DNA of 64,000 nt from Sphyrna mokarran (taxonomy: Eukaryota). Numbering within the stretch: position 1 is the stretch's first letter; the number at the start of each line of letters is the position of its first letter. The translations under genes and the position numbers were made by a program. Positions 36,491 through 49,987 of the stretch are shown here, piece after piece. The notes below the pieces were generated by a model, which was given only the letters and a program-made list of their open reading frames with translations, was not told the origin of the DNA and did not search any database. The stretch is taken from NCBI GenBank assembly GCA_024679065.1, contig JAGIQG010000040.1, positions 10,044,001 to 10,108,000 on the forward strand, given 5' to 3'.

Positions 36491-39049
36491 TGTTGTCAAA
36501 AGATATTAGCACAAGACGACAGCTGTAAAAAAAGATTGTATTTTATTCAATCTTAATGAAGGATAGGGAGAGACACAAAACGAATGCTAGGACAATTATA
36601 TATACGAACCATCAAAATGGTCCCATTCTCAAATTTTAACCTCATGAAGGGTATATCTAACTTATTTTCCAAAGTCACTGTGAAATCAGGTTCGATCAGC
36701 CTTTCAAACTGTTCATTCTACTTCATAACAACTCTTGCGTAAAATTAAATGATCCCATTTCTGTCTTTCTGCTCAACAAAATAAATCTGTTCCCACGGGT
36801 TGCTGACCGTCCTCCCAATTGAAATATTCTCTCTTTAATTAACCACTCACAGCTTCACGATTTTGAATACTAATAAAAATGTTCGAAAGACTGACAAGGA
36901 GATTGACAGCGACACCGGGACGGTTAGGAGAAAGAAAAACGGGGTGCTGATAAAAGCTGAGGGACAAAAAAACAAATTGAAGATTAAGAGAAAATGATTT
37001 CCCTTCCTTCACGGAACCGGGGGAGCTCAGTGAATAACCTACTGACCATCCAGTTATGTCCGGGAATGGAAACTCTGGACAGATCACATCATTTGTAAGT
37101 GTCACCGCAATGTGATCTGTGTGACTCTGCCCTGACTCTGTGGACAGATATAGGCCGCACTGACAGATGTTCTCACCAGATTGGGGTCTCTGGGTTTATT
37201 TTCTGCTCAGAAGTGAGATGTGCAGTTTGGAACCAGCAGCATGAAACAGGAAGTTGTGTTACCTGAGATTGAAACAACCGGGTCCAGTTTGATGTTATCA
37301 CCTTGAACAGTCTTCCTGCCTGTGAGGGTGAACTCACTCTGAAAACATCAAGAACATTCACACAGATTGCTGCCGGTCTCAGCATTACATTCACCTCCAT
37401 TCCCATTGTAAGGAATCAAGAAAATGATCATGTTTGGGGTTTACATAGATTGATTGAAGGGGCGATGGACTGAAATTATCAGTAATAAGAGATAAGAGGG
37501 AAAATTAGAGCATTTTTTTTTCTTCAGAGGTGTTCTAAAATAGAAACTTTCAATGTTTTATCTGTTGTGTGGCAGAAATCGAGAAGAGAGATTATGTGAG
37601 TAGACTGGCCTGTTTCCGGCACTGAATTTCCCTCTGATGAGACTTTTTGCTTCATCTTTTCAGTCACAAAGTGCCTTAAGCAAAAAAAAACTTTGGCTCC
37701 TAGATACTTGTTTAAGTGATTTAATGGATACAGACAGATCAAAGAAAAGTTATCTGTTTTAGTTGCAGTCTGAGACAGAGAAAGAGAGGAGAGAAATTCA
37801 GTGAGGCATTTGAGAGATGCATTGCCTTGGCAGCGGAATGGCCAGCTGTACATCACATTCAAGGGAGTCCAGGGCAATTCATTGACTTTGGGTAATGACT
37901 GAGACGTAGAATATGCAACTGATTACTGAATAAGTTACCCATAGCATGTTTAAACGTAATTTCCGTTATTTGCACAATGGTTAGCACTGATACCTCACAG
38001 AGTTACTGACACATGTCCTATTTGTTTTGAAAAAACTAAGCATAAATAAAGTATGGACTTGTGTATTGTAATCAGAGGGATGGTGCAGGTAATTCATAAT
38101 TAATAAAGCAGTGTCTTCGGTATACTGGCCCGCTTGCCAGTGGATAATATTTCTTTTTCTTAATGAGTAAAACATTCCGTTTTAAAGCTTTGAAATGTTG
38201 TACTAAATTCCCATAAACTGTTCAGTTCCAAGGAAAAACAACTCAGCGTTCAGCTGTTCTGATAGTGCAGCTCATATATTGACTAACATCAAGATTTGTA
38301 AGACTTTCTGCGTTGTATGTTTCTCGATGACATTGTAGGAGTTAATGCAATTTTAAAAGGATTCACATTAATCATTGCCATTGTGTCAGAGTAAGAATCA
38401 AGGCTAGGAGAAGACTTGTTTCTGACAATTAAATGCACCAGTGTAATATTGGACACAGATCTCAGAATTTAGATGCACTGCACTAATGTCATAATGGCAA
38501 AACTCAAAGTGTGATCAATTAACAGCATTTTCTCAGTGGAATCAACATCAGTTTCGAATCATATGGTAATGTGCTCAATTCCTGCAACAGATGATTGACC
38601 TTATGATCCAACATGTGAACCAGTGCTAAATGTTCATTTATTCCATTATTAGATGTGGTGATATTTCAATCTAAGAAGTAATACAGCAACATTATCATTA
38701 TCAAGATAATATTCCAGAAGTTTGAAGTAATGTTCCGGCGCTAGGAGTTCAAATTCTCTAACAGTCTGCGTGGGTTTCCTTCTGTTGCTCCAGTTTCCTC
38801 CCACAGTCCAATAATGTTCGAGTAAGACTAGTTAACCAAGCTAAATTATCCTTAGAGTCCCAGCATGTGTCGGTTAAATGTGTGGTGTAAGTAAATATAT
38901 TCACAATGTAGTTAAAAAGTGAGTTACAGGATTTTATCCATGGACATTGAAACAGTGATATAGTTCCCAGTCAAGTGTGGGTTTTATGCAGACCTGCAGG
39001 GTAATTGTGTTCTTATGCGTGTATTTCCCTTGTCCTTTTAAATACCAAA

Positions 39050-40450
39050 GTTAGTATGTTTCGGGTTGCATTTGAAAGATTATGTTGCGGCTATTCCAGT
39101 TGTATACCGTTCACACGGCCAGATTTGTACATCTGTGATGCAGAGAGTGTATGTTTAATGTGGTGATTGGCATTAATTGTACTGGCTGCTTTTTACTTGG
39201 TGGTATTGAACTTGTGTATTACTTCAGGAGCATACGTCAGGAAAGCGGAGAATATTAACTCACAATGCTGACTTTTGCCCTGAATATGAGGGATAGGGTT
39301 TGGGAACTCAGGAGACCCAATCCCTGACCTGCTATTGTTGCAATATTATTTACACGGTTGTCCAAGTTCACTTTTTTATCAATGGTAATTCCCAGAATGA
39401 TGATAGTGGGGTTTCAGCTGTAATCATTCTATTTAAAGACAAGCAGAGATATTTGGAATCTCTCTTACTTGAAAGGTCATCGCCAACCAATTGGGTGGCG
39501 TGAATGTCACTTGGCACATCACAACCAAAGCCTGAACGCTTTCTAATTCTCGCTGCTTATGGGCACGGGCTGCTTCAGTACCTGAGGAGTTGTAAATGTG
39601 CTGAACATTGTGCAATCATCAGTGAACATCCCACTTCGGAGCTTGTATTGAGGTGAGAACATGAGGCCGAGGACTCTATCCTGAGGAGCTCCTTCAGCAA
39701 TGTCCTGTGACTGAGATGATTGGCTTTCAACATCCACAGCTATCTTACACTGAACCTGGTGTGACTGAAGCCGGTGGAGTGTTTTTTTCTTTCTCCACAG
39801 AGTCCCATTGGCTGCGGCTTTGCTCAACTTCTTGATGCCACAACCGGTCAAGTGTTGTGTTGTTGTCGAGGCCAGGCACCCTCAACACACATCATTAAAT
39901 CAGCTATTTCCACTATGTTTGGACTAACACTAAATTATTTCTAGAACAGAGTACTCCTAGTGGGATCAAAATACAGCATTAGTGAACAAATTGTTTTTAG
40001 TTGTAGTTGTAGCAGTATTATTATTATTATAACTTTTTTGGATCATCCTTCATACTTCCAATTACGTTGATCGAGTGTGGAAGCATTGGGTGACAGGTGG
40101 TCGGGTTGGATTTGTCCTGCCTTTTGCAACAGGGCATGTCTGCCAATTTCCACAATATTCTGTTTGAACATAGAACATGGAACATTACAGCGCAGAACAG
40201 GCCCTTCGGCCTTCGATGTTGTGCCGACCAATTAAGAAAAAGCAACGACCCTCTAACCTAAACCATTCACTTTTCATCCATAAACTTATCTACTAATCTC
40301 TTAAACGCCCCCAAATTTGGCGCATCTACAACTGAAATGTGATGTAGCTATGCTTGAATGGATTGGCTGGGATGCAGCTGGCTCCACAGCACAAATCATT
40401 ATTATCATTCTTGAAATACTGTCAGGACCCATCATCATTGCACTGCCAAA
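39050..40450 (-). mobile_element. Old non-LTR retrotransposon RT fragment (CR1/L2 group)
   Basis: Minus-strand GAPQDRVLG and GMFTDDCTMFS; related pieces near 56500-56930 and 58240-58400. Confidence 0.55.
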
Positions 40451-41349
40451 CTTCAGTACAGGGTTAGGCCACAGATCAATTATGATCAGATAGCATGGCA
40501 GAGTGGGCTCCAGGGGATGAATGGTCCACTCCTGCTCTTATGCTCCATGATATCATATTGAATGAATCGTCCTCCTTTGAGACTGGCATCTGTGATGTTT
40601 GGGACCATCACAGGACACCAAGATGATATATCCTCTCGACCCTTCTGACTGAAGATAGTTGGAATTATTTCAGTCTTGTTTTGGTTCCCTTTTGCTGGGA
40701 TCCCCCATCATTAAGAATGGGAGCTTTATTTGAGGCTCTTGCTGCAGTTTTTTTTTTAACGATCCAGAACAATTTAGGACTGCATGTGACAGAACTGCAA
40801 AGTTAGACCCTACCTGAATAAAATGTAATGTAATATAATAACAGTCAGGGTCCATTATTTTATGTATGTATAGACACATAGTGCAAAGTAGCTTTCATTC
40901 AGGCAGTGCCTACTTCATGCAATATAAACCATGAAAGTTTCAACTCCATCTGTTGCAGTTTACTGTAAAGAAAATCGCTGTCAGGTATGATGTATGATAT
41001 TAATGCATCAAGAATTCACACCCATAAATATAATACCACATCCCCACCTGTGGAAGGTGCACGAATCTAACGTGCAATAAATTCACTGAGGCGTAACGAT
41101 GAGTTCATGGGATTTAATGGGATTGAGAATTATAGATAGGCTCTGCAGCTATGGAGCAACAGAGCCTAGTGCAACTTGTGGGCCAGAGGGTCAGTTTGTG
41201 CTGTAGTGTTCTATGTTCTATGTATGAATTATAATTGTTGCTGAATAATGCAAGTTAAATGATGTCCTGCAGAAATCTGTCTTGCGTCTCAATTGTTCAC
41301 AATATTCAAAATAGCTTAGATAATGGCACAAAAATTCAAAAATCCAAAT

Positions 41350-42000
41350 GATAGATCAAGATAGTGTTTTAGAACACACAATATTAAATATAGTATATGG
41401 CCCGCGAGATTTGCGGGTTCAGCTGCATAGCTTCTTAAAATGCCACGAACTGATGCAGAAAATAGTCAAGGAGGCTAACGGAATTCTGATCTTCGTATCT
41501 AAAGGACTGGAGTGTAGGGATGTAGATGTTATGCTGCAATTGTGCAAAATCCTGTTTAGACCCCATCTAGTGTACAGTGTGCAGATATGGACACCACACC
41601 TCTGGAAACATTTTGGCACTAGGAAGAGTTGAACACAAGTTCACAAGAATTATACCTTATCTTCAGAAGAAATTAGACAAATTGGGACTTTTTCTTTCAA
41701 ATTCGAAGAATGAGGGGTGCTCTGACAAAAATCTACAAAATCTTTACGGGGTAGGACAGGGCGCATAAAGATTATTTTTCAAAATTTTAAGGCTGTAGCA
41801 TAAAAGACCATTATTTAAAGGAAGGACCAAGCCGTTCAGGAGATTTGATCGAAAGCATTTCTACACACAGAGAGTGATGGACGTTTGGAGCTTTCTCTCT
41901 CATAGGCGATTGGGTGCTGGTTCAATTATTAGATTTATGTCTAAGATCTTCTTTTACTGAACAGAGATATCAAGGGATATGGGCCAAGGGTGGGCACATA
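41350..42000 (+). mobile_element. CR1-type LINE 3' fragment
   Basis: RDLRVQLH..ANGILIFVSKG..RPHLVYSVQIW remnants. Confidence 0.75.
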
Positions 42001-43019
42001 GAGTTTGGCTCAGATCAGACCACACACAGACAGTCACTCAAGGTTGGAATCGAACCCGTTTCCCTGTGACTGCGAGGCAGCAATGCTAACTGTATCTGTT
42101 AGAGATAAGCACACTGGATCTTTTTTATTCTTCCCTCATTTGAGTCTGATTACTATTTGTAACAGGAATATTTCACACATCAGTTCTCTTTGTTTTAACT
42201 TGTCTAGTTGAAGAAAATTGGATCATCGATCAATTTAAGATTCAGTGGAATACCAGTCTGTTCACAAATACTTTATTTATTGTGATACCAGAACTTACAG
42301 AGCAGATTCTTAAATAGAATATATTTATTTATTTAATTAAATGGCATCTGGCGTAATGTATGTTAAAAAAGGTTTCTATTAATTTTGAATCAACCCACGA
42401 TAGTCTGAAAATAAACCATTATTTTGTGTTGAAACTGATCAATAAGTGACAGTTTATCTGGTTTTGCTGTCATGAACATTTCATTGTAAACAGTGAAGTG
42501 TTTATGTAAATAAATACAGAAATAGAAATCCCAGATTAGATTGTTGACTGACAAAAACGCAACAAATATTTCCCCACCGACACAGCACAGAAATAGAGAC
42601 AGCCCTCATGCAAATCAATTAACAGATTCCAGAAATGATAGTTATTTCTATATTATTCATTCATCAATCATATAAAGAAAAAAATCATGACAATATCTAT
42701 GTCCAGAATTAGGACAAAAATCGCTCTGATCCCGAAATATAATAACACGGCAAATGTCTTCGTAGAAATTTCCTGTGTTTCATCTCTCTCTTTCTGTCTT
42801 TTTCGTTTCTGGTTCTGTTGTTTGTCCCGTTACGATAGTTCATCGTCTTCACTCCACAACCTGAATTCAATGTTGGCCAATGTATTCTCTCAGCTAGAGT
42901 TAAAAGGAATGCAATGTGAAGAATTAAAATCCACGAGGGAGATTTACTCAAAAAAAAGATATCTTGAGGATTCTAGGATCTTAGGATATTTTATACATTT
43001 CCCTCTACATCTAATCTGA

Positions 43020-45180
43020 GTTGTACCTCGTAACTAGGATTCGATGTGGCCTACCCCCCCAAAAAATCCCTTATTTATCCCTGCCCTTTCGCTGTTTGAC
43101 TGGACAGTGTGGAGGAATTTTTACTCTGCATCTAAACTGACGTGCCTGCCCTTTGAATGTTTAATCCGTACCTAGTCTCTGCTGTATCTGAACTAGTATA
43201 TTTTATGGGACTGTCTGAAGAGCCCTTCCCTCCACTGAACACCAATTCAAACTTGTCTCCCTAATCTCTGAAGGGAAAATGCAGAAGCAGTTTTACCTAA
43301 AATATATTTCCTCGCCTGTATGCCTTGTTCTGCTTCTAGACAGTCGAGAAGTAGGGGAATGTTTTCCAGGAATGTTTGATTTTGATAATGAGAGGTAGAT
43401 TCACTTTGTATCTAACTCATGCAATCCCTGCCTTGGAAGTGCTATATTTGGCAATGCAGGGGGTATTTTACCCCATGTTACTCCTGTCCTGTGAATCTTT
43501 GATGAGGCTGTAGGCCGTTTCTCCAAATTTCATGGGGACTAAACCGGTCTCTTTATTAGACAGTAATTTTACCCCGTGTCAGCTGCTATTATATAAGGTA
43601 ATGCCTTCGTTTATGTTGCACTAGACCCTATCTCTACACATATTAAACAAGATACTTCCTGTGATTATACCAAATTAGACCCTGTCCCTGTTTATATTAT
43701 TTTTCAACATGTTTCAGTTTATATCAAACTAGATGCTGTATCCGTTTCTATCAATTTAGCCTGTATCTGTTTTATTAAACTAAATGGAGTCTTATTTCTG
43801 CACTTGACCCTTTCCACGTTTATATTTCATTGGACGTGGTCGCTGTTTTTACTACACTGGACAATTTCAGTACTGAGGAAAGTGTTTGCGGAGATATTAT
43901 TCTCTGCATCCTCCTAAACATGGAACGCCATGAGGTCTTGGATACCTGGAAAAGAAACAGTGCTATCTGAAATCTACTTCTGCTAACTACATTGAAAATG
44001 GATACCAAGACCTGTATATCATGCACTGTCAACACAGAACAAAGGACAAAGAAAGTTACAGCAGAGGAACAGGCTCTTCAACCCTGCACTGACCAAATAT
44101 TGTCGATCCAATATCCCCGTTTCAGAATCTTGCCAAATATATTATCTCTTCTTCAAGTAGAACCGCGGGGTAATGCAGGATTAATACAATCAGAGGTGCA
44201 GGAATAACACTGACACAGTCTAATGAAATAGGTACAGCGTCAGGATCAAATTTTACACAACCAGAAAGGGTGCCTAGTGCAATATAAACTGACATTATTA
44301 ACAGGGGCAGACTCTATTTTAACATAATTGAGGCTCTGGTCAAACAAAATTGAAGTGGCTTAGCCCCGAGTGTCACGTGGGGACAGTGAAAGGTCAAAGC
44401 TGATGTTTTCAGTGACACTCACATACCATGCAAGAAATATTTCAAATATTTATGACGATGACAGGAGACCTGAGACTGTGCCTTGTGCAGTTTTACTAGA
44501 TACAACGGTTGGAAGATATAAAATGAAACAGAGCCCAATAATTAATGATACTGGACCTAGACTTCTTTAGACTGAGACAGAGAGAAGTTCATTCGTAATA
44601 ATTACTAATACAGGACAGATACAGATATAAACTGAGACAAAGCCCAGTGTATTTGCAATGATTACTGATATAGTGCCTAGGCTGATGTAGACTGAAATAG
44701 AATTCAGTTTATTTGAAATAATTACTGATATAGGACTTAGACTGATACGCACTGAGATACAGACAATGCTGCATTTAAAAGGTATCGCAAAATGCAATTA
44801 TAACTGAGAATTGGCACAGTCTTAAATAGACAAATAAATGGACTGATGCAGCGTTAATGTAAATATTTTAGTTTATCAAAATATAATGAACTATTAGCAT
44901 AATAACTGTTACATCTATAATGTATGAAGGCAGTTGGTCCAATTTAGTTTACAGTGGGAAATGTTCTGAGACAGCAATAATTGAGACAAGTTCTCTTGTC
45001 AAATAAGTAGATACATGGTCAGTGCAACTATAATTTAGAAATTATAAAACAAGCAGGGCCTATACCTAACATATAAGCACGTGATATTGACCGAGTACGG
45101 AAAAAACTTAGATATGACCTCCTAGAATGTGATCCAGGCACAGTATGATGTAATACAGACAGAATCAGAAGAGAGTTTAA
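43020..45180. repeat. Old degenerate satellites (~65-70 bp family 43020-43520; ~27-bp family 43560-43870 and, reversed, 44160-45180)
   Basis: Recurrent TTTACTCTGTATCTAAC / CCTG.CCT..GA.TGTTTGA and ATATAAACTGAGACAG motifs; clear 60-bp period at 44571, 44631, 44691, 44751. Confidence 0.55.
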
Positions 45181-46401
45181 TATAGGCATCCATTTAAACA
45201 AAAATTGTTTTATTCCCACAATAAAAACATATTTTAAATCGTATGATTCTAATCAAATATTTTCTTTAATGCCCTGTTTATTGTGTGATTAAATAGCATC
45301 GGAAAACAATAAACTGATCAGATGCTGTTTCATTTGTATAACTTTCGAGTAAATGTCATTCCAATAATTAAAATCTGCTTGTGAACAACTTCACAAAGTG
45401 CGAAAGACAGAGATGTTGATGGTCACAATCTCCTAGTCTAATGAGATCAGTGTAATGGCAAAAATATATTTTTTAAAAAATCAAAAAACTGCCTTGACCA
45501 CCGGGGACTGCTGAAACATAATGAAAATTCTGCACCTTATTTAAGCGACAGCGTCTCTTATACCTGATTAACATTGTATTTTTTACAATGTAACCTGAAT
45601 TCGATTATTTAACAAACCTTTTCATAGTCGCCAATGAGTAGATAATTGATCAGTTCATAATTGGTTGAATTGATGATAAAACACGTGTTTTTGTGATCAT
45701 GTTTAATATGCTAAAAGCCCTAATATCCTGTGTTCCCAATATCAGTGAATGTTACACAGCCGGTGGCCAATATAATAAGATATAATGCATTAGATGCTGA
45801 AGGAGAACGTTACTGATCGCCTTGTGCATTCCAATTCATTACATTCTCTGTCAATGTCGAAGTCAGTTTTATGTTTCTCTGTCAGCTCACTATTTAATTG
45901 TCAAACAGGAAGGTTTGTTTTACCCCTAATTTACACAGAGCTGTCTTACGCTTTGTCGTTTTGAGAAATGTCAGCAGATCCTATACAATGCGAAGAAATT
46001 CGTGTTATCTTCAAACCCAAAATGTGCAATGATAGACATCCACACTGTAACTAAAATATCTTTGTTCATCTACCACATTTAGCTACAGAAATCGATAACA
46101 ATTCTTCTTACCATAGAATCCCGACGGTGCAGAAAGAGGTCATTTGACCCATCGAACCCGCAGCGATAACAATCCCACGCAGGCCCTGTCCTATCCCCGT
46201 AATCCCACATATTGGCCCTGCTAAGTCTCCTGACATTAAGGGACAATTTATCATGTCCAATCAACCAAACCCACGTTTGGACTGATAAATTATGCTTCAT
46301 TATTGTAATGTGATAGAATTATTGCAAAAGAGATTGATGGCCCCTTTATTTTCTGAAAGTGTAATTTCATCATTTTTAGATTTGATTTCTTGTTACGGGC
46401 G

Positions 46402-47893
46402 AACAAAGAACAAAGAACAAAGAACAACACAGCACGGGAAACAGGCCCTTCAGCCCAACGAGCCCGCGCCGCCGTCCCAATGTCTTAATGACATATATAG
46501 ACCAATATAGGGACAATTTGTTACCCAATCAGCCTAAGAGCACATTTTTGGGATGTGGGAGGAAACCGGAGCACCCGGAGAAAACCCACGCAACCACGGG
46601 GAGAACGCGCAAACTCCCGCAGACACAGGCCCAAATCCATGTGTCTGCACAGCAACAGCGATAGTCTCTGAGCTGTCATGTTGCCCATCTGATGGTCCAG
46701 TTTAAGCATACACTAACGACATGAAGCACTAGGCCACTCCTGAAGTAACATCCAGGAGCAGCCCTCGCACGACCTGCCGAATGCATGCACCTTGTTGGTC
46801 AACAAGGTGGACCGAACAGCCTGTGGAAACAATTAAAGTATTTAAACAGTCCTCCTATATCCCTCTATCTGCAGACCGCTCATGTGGCTGTCCAAGAGAC
46901 CCTTAAACAACCCTAGCGTGCCTGCTCCCACCACCTTACTCGGTAGTGCATTCCACACCCCCACTACCCTTTGTGTGAAAAAATGCCCTCTAATATTAGT
47001 CTTATACATAGCCCCCCTCACCCTAAGGCCGTGACCCCTCGTTCTATCCGAATCTAATGGTGGAAAAAGCTTACCACCATTTACTCTATCTATACCCCTC
47101 ATAATCTTATATACCTCTAATAGATCCCCTCTCAGCCGACATCTTTCAAGGGAAAACAACCCCAGTGTGTTCAACCTTTCCTCGTAAGACAGCCCTTCCA
47201 TACCAGGCAGCATCCTGGTAAATCTCCTGTGCACTCTCTCCAGGGACTCCACATCCTTCCGGTAGTACGGCGACCAGAATTGGACGCAGTACTCCAAGTG
47301 AGGCCTAACCAACGTTCTATACACTTGCAACATCAAACTCCTACTCTTGTATTCTATACCCCTTCCTATGAAGGCTAACATACCATACGCTTTCATTATC
47401 ACTTTTTCCACCTGTACTGACACCTTCAGAGACTTGTGAACCTGCACCCCCAGGTCTCTCTGCGTCTCTATACTCCGGATAGTTTTACCTTTTATCCTAT
47501 AACTCCCCTCTACATTATTCCGACCAAAATGCATCACCTCGCATTTATCCGGATTAAATTCCATTTGCCATCTATCTGCCCAATCTACCAGCCTATCTAT
47601 GTCCTGTTGTATTGCCTGGCACTGCTCCTCAGTCCCCGCCAATCCAAGTATCTTAGTGTCATCAGCAAATTTGCTGATCACACTACCTCCCCACTACCTT
47701 CCAAGTCATTTATATAAATCACAAATCGAAGAGGTCCTAGTACTGAGCCCTGTGGCACACCGCTAGTGACTGACCTCCAGTTGGAAAAAGAGCCTTCCAC
47801 TACTACCCGCTGTCTCCTCCTCCCAAGCCAGTTCTCAACCCATCTACCTACCTGGCCCTGTATCCCATGCGCCTTCACCTTTTTTATCAGCAT
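46402..47893 (-). mobile_element. Young 5'-truncated CR1-type LINE (RT C-terminal half, one frameshift) with SINE-containing 3' UTR
   Basis: ORFs 47678-47893 ([11 protein letters not shown]) and 46842-47681 (ISKFADDTK..VRPHLEYCVQFWSP) followed by a ~440-nt 3' UTR and (TTGTTCT)n tail. Confidence 0.95.
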
Positions 47894-48090
47894 TTACAAT
47901 GCAATTAGTGTTTTTTAAAAAAATAAAGAAATGACAAATTGAAATATCATTATGAGAAATAGTGGAGACATTACAATGAATTGATTCAGCCAAACAATTA
48001 TCTCAATACAGATAAAATATCAATTTCAATTTTAGACTATTGTAAATCTCGGAGTCCATTCTGTTGGGGGTGTGGAAGGTGGGACATGGA

Positions 48091-48167
48091 TCCAGGCGCC
48101 GCCTCCAGCAGGGAATCAATAGGCGGCGCCTGGAAAGCCGCCCCCTTCTGCCGGGTATTTAAATACC
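48091..48167 (+). promoter_or_regulatory. VH promoter
   Basis: TATA-like TATTTAAA at 48156-48163, about 90 nt upstream of the leader ATG; GC-rich inverted repeat upstream; no octamer. Confidence 0.65.
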
Positions 48168-48254
48168 GCTCACTGGTACCGGAATCCAACAGTCCGGGAG
48201 CTGGTTTGTTCACTGAGTTCCTGACACAACCATTTCCCCCAAATCACCAGAAAG

Positions 48255-48300
48255 ATGAGGTCGGCGATTTCTCTCAGTTTGTTCTTGACTTTCTTATCTG
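48255..48300 (+). CDS. IGHV: IgM VH leader exon
   Basis: MRSAISLSLFLTFLS, then G|GTGAGT donor (phase 1). Confidence 0.92.
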
Positions 48301-48429
48301 GTGAGTATTATTTTATTGTCCAAATCTCTCACTGTCACTATCTCCCTGTTCGTCTATCGCTGAAATGTTTCAGAAACAGCAATCATTTCACCAGGATTAA
48401 TCCTCGGGCTTTTTGATATATTTTTATAG

Positions 48430-48734
48430 TTGTCCAGTCGGAGATTGTGTTGACTCAGCCAGAGGCAGAGACCGTGCATCCAGGAGAATCCCTGAAACTG
48501 ACCTGTAAAACCAGCGGCTTCGATTTTAGCAATACTTGGATGACCTGGATCCGACAGGTTCCTGGACAGGGACTGGAATGGCTGGTTGACTACCATAGTT
48601 CATCCAGCAACAACTACGCTCCAGCAATTAAGGATCGATTTACTGCGTACAAAGATACTTCAAACAATATCTTGTCTTTGGACATGACGAGCCTGAAGAC
48701 CGAAGACACCGCCATCTATTACTGTGCAAAAGAC
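48430..48734 (+). CDS. IGHV: IgM VH exon, unrearranged and open
   Basis: [44 protein letters not shown] with canonical Cys/Trp/Cys; acceptor TTTATAG. Confidence 0.97.
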
Positions 48735-48773
48735 CACAGCGAGAGGAACAAGGGCTGCACCCGAACAACGACA
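48735..48773 (+). other. VH 3' RSS, 23-bp spacer
   Basis: Heptamer CACAGCG, 23 nt, nonamer ACAACGACA (degenerate). Confidence 0.85.
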
Positions 48774-49119
48774 GGTCGAGAGGGAATTCAGCAACTTCCA
48801 ACGTAACCTTAAGGTAAATATCTGTTTTAAATGTAATATTAACGACAGTGATCAGAACCAAACCATAATCTCTTTTTAAAAGTAACAAAGAAATCAGTTA
48901 ATAGTACACTTTAACAAACTTACCGATATTAATGGGGTGAGCTTTTCACCGACTTTATATTTATTGTAGTTTCAGCAAGTTCAGCGCTGGATATATTAAC
49001 TGTTTTAATATTTCTGGTAGATTGTGTTATATGAATTGTTGCCTACATTATAAATTAAAACAGAACTAATGTCCCATTTGAAATGAATATTGAGCGGTAG
49101 TACTGAACGGAGTGAGTGC

Positions 49120-49199
49120 AGTTTTTGTCCGAGCCTATGTCACTGTGATACTATAGTGGGTCACAATGCTTAGCAAAGCGACATCCTCATACAAAAACC
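49120..49199 (+). other. IGHD: D1 segment (ATACTATAGTGGGT, 49148-49161) with 12-RSS and 22-RSS
   Basis: AGTTTTTGT-12-CACTGTG / CACAATG-22-ACAAAAACC. Confidence 0.95.
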
Positions 49200-49508
49200 T
49201 CAGAGAACGATTTTGCTTAAATTTATGATCAATGCCACTGCCGAATGCCAAACTATCGAGAGTTCAACAAAATAATAGGTAGAAGCAGCATTGTGTTTTT
49301 TAAGATATAAAATACTTCAACTTTATTGTTATTGATTTACATGCTGAATGTGCAAGTGAGTGTAAAAATTTCTAACCCCCTTTATCAATACAATGACCAT
49401 TAAAAAGAAATGAAATACCTCACTGACCTACTCTTAATGAGGTGGAAACAGGCTTTTGAAATAGCACTGAAATTAATTATCTGCATTTTACAGTTAACAG
49501 TCTGCCTC

Positions 49509-49576
49509 AGTATTTGTCATGCTGTGTCTCACTGTGATAACTGGATGGCACTGCAGTTACTGTCAATACAAAAACT
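49509..49576 (+). other. IGHD: D2 segment (ATAACTGGATGG, 49537-49548) with two 12-RSS
   Basis: AGTATTTGT-12-CACTGTG / CACTGCA-12-ACAAAAACT. Confidence 0.92.
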
Positions 49577-49900
49577 CCTCAGCACTGACTGACTGAAGCT
49601 GGATCAGTGTCACTTTTAAATTCCAACTATAATTACTGTATAGTATTATTTATGTCCAGCACTGACCATATGACAAGAATGAAAATGGAAACTCTTGATA
49701 ATTACTCAATTAGCAGTTGGTGTTTTCAACAACATATTCGTGTGTTATTCTGTGAAATATAAAACATTAGTGTCATTTATGAATGGTAAATGGTACCCAG
49801 AAATAGAACAATAATTCAATGAACATTAATTGACTTTGTTTTTCCTCTGGTTTGTGGATATTTAAAAGAATGATGGTTTTGTGTCTATTTTTTCAGGGAC

Positions 49901-49939
49901 AGTTATTATATGACACAGCCCAGGGAATTTAACACTGTG
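49901..49939 (+). other. JH 5' RSS, 23-bp spacer
   Basis: Nonamer AGTTATTAT (degenerate), 23 nt, heptamer CACTGTG. Confidence 0.8.
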
Positions 49940-49987
49940 ACTACTTCGACTACTGGGGACAAGGCATCATGATTACAGTGACTACAG
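49940..49987 (+). CDS. IGHJ: JH segment
   Basis: YFDYWGQGIMITVTT, then G|GTAAG donor. Confidence 0.96.

Noticed and set aside
48255-49987. Germline-joined, IgNAR or IgW identity
   Set aside because: All segments are separate with RSSs; the V has a full FR2/CDR2, and the 2-D layout and C exons are mu-type.
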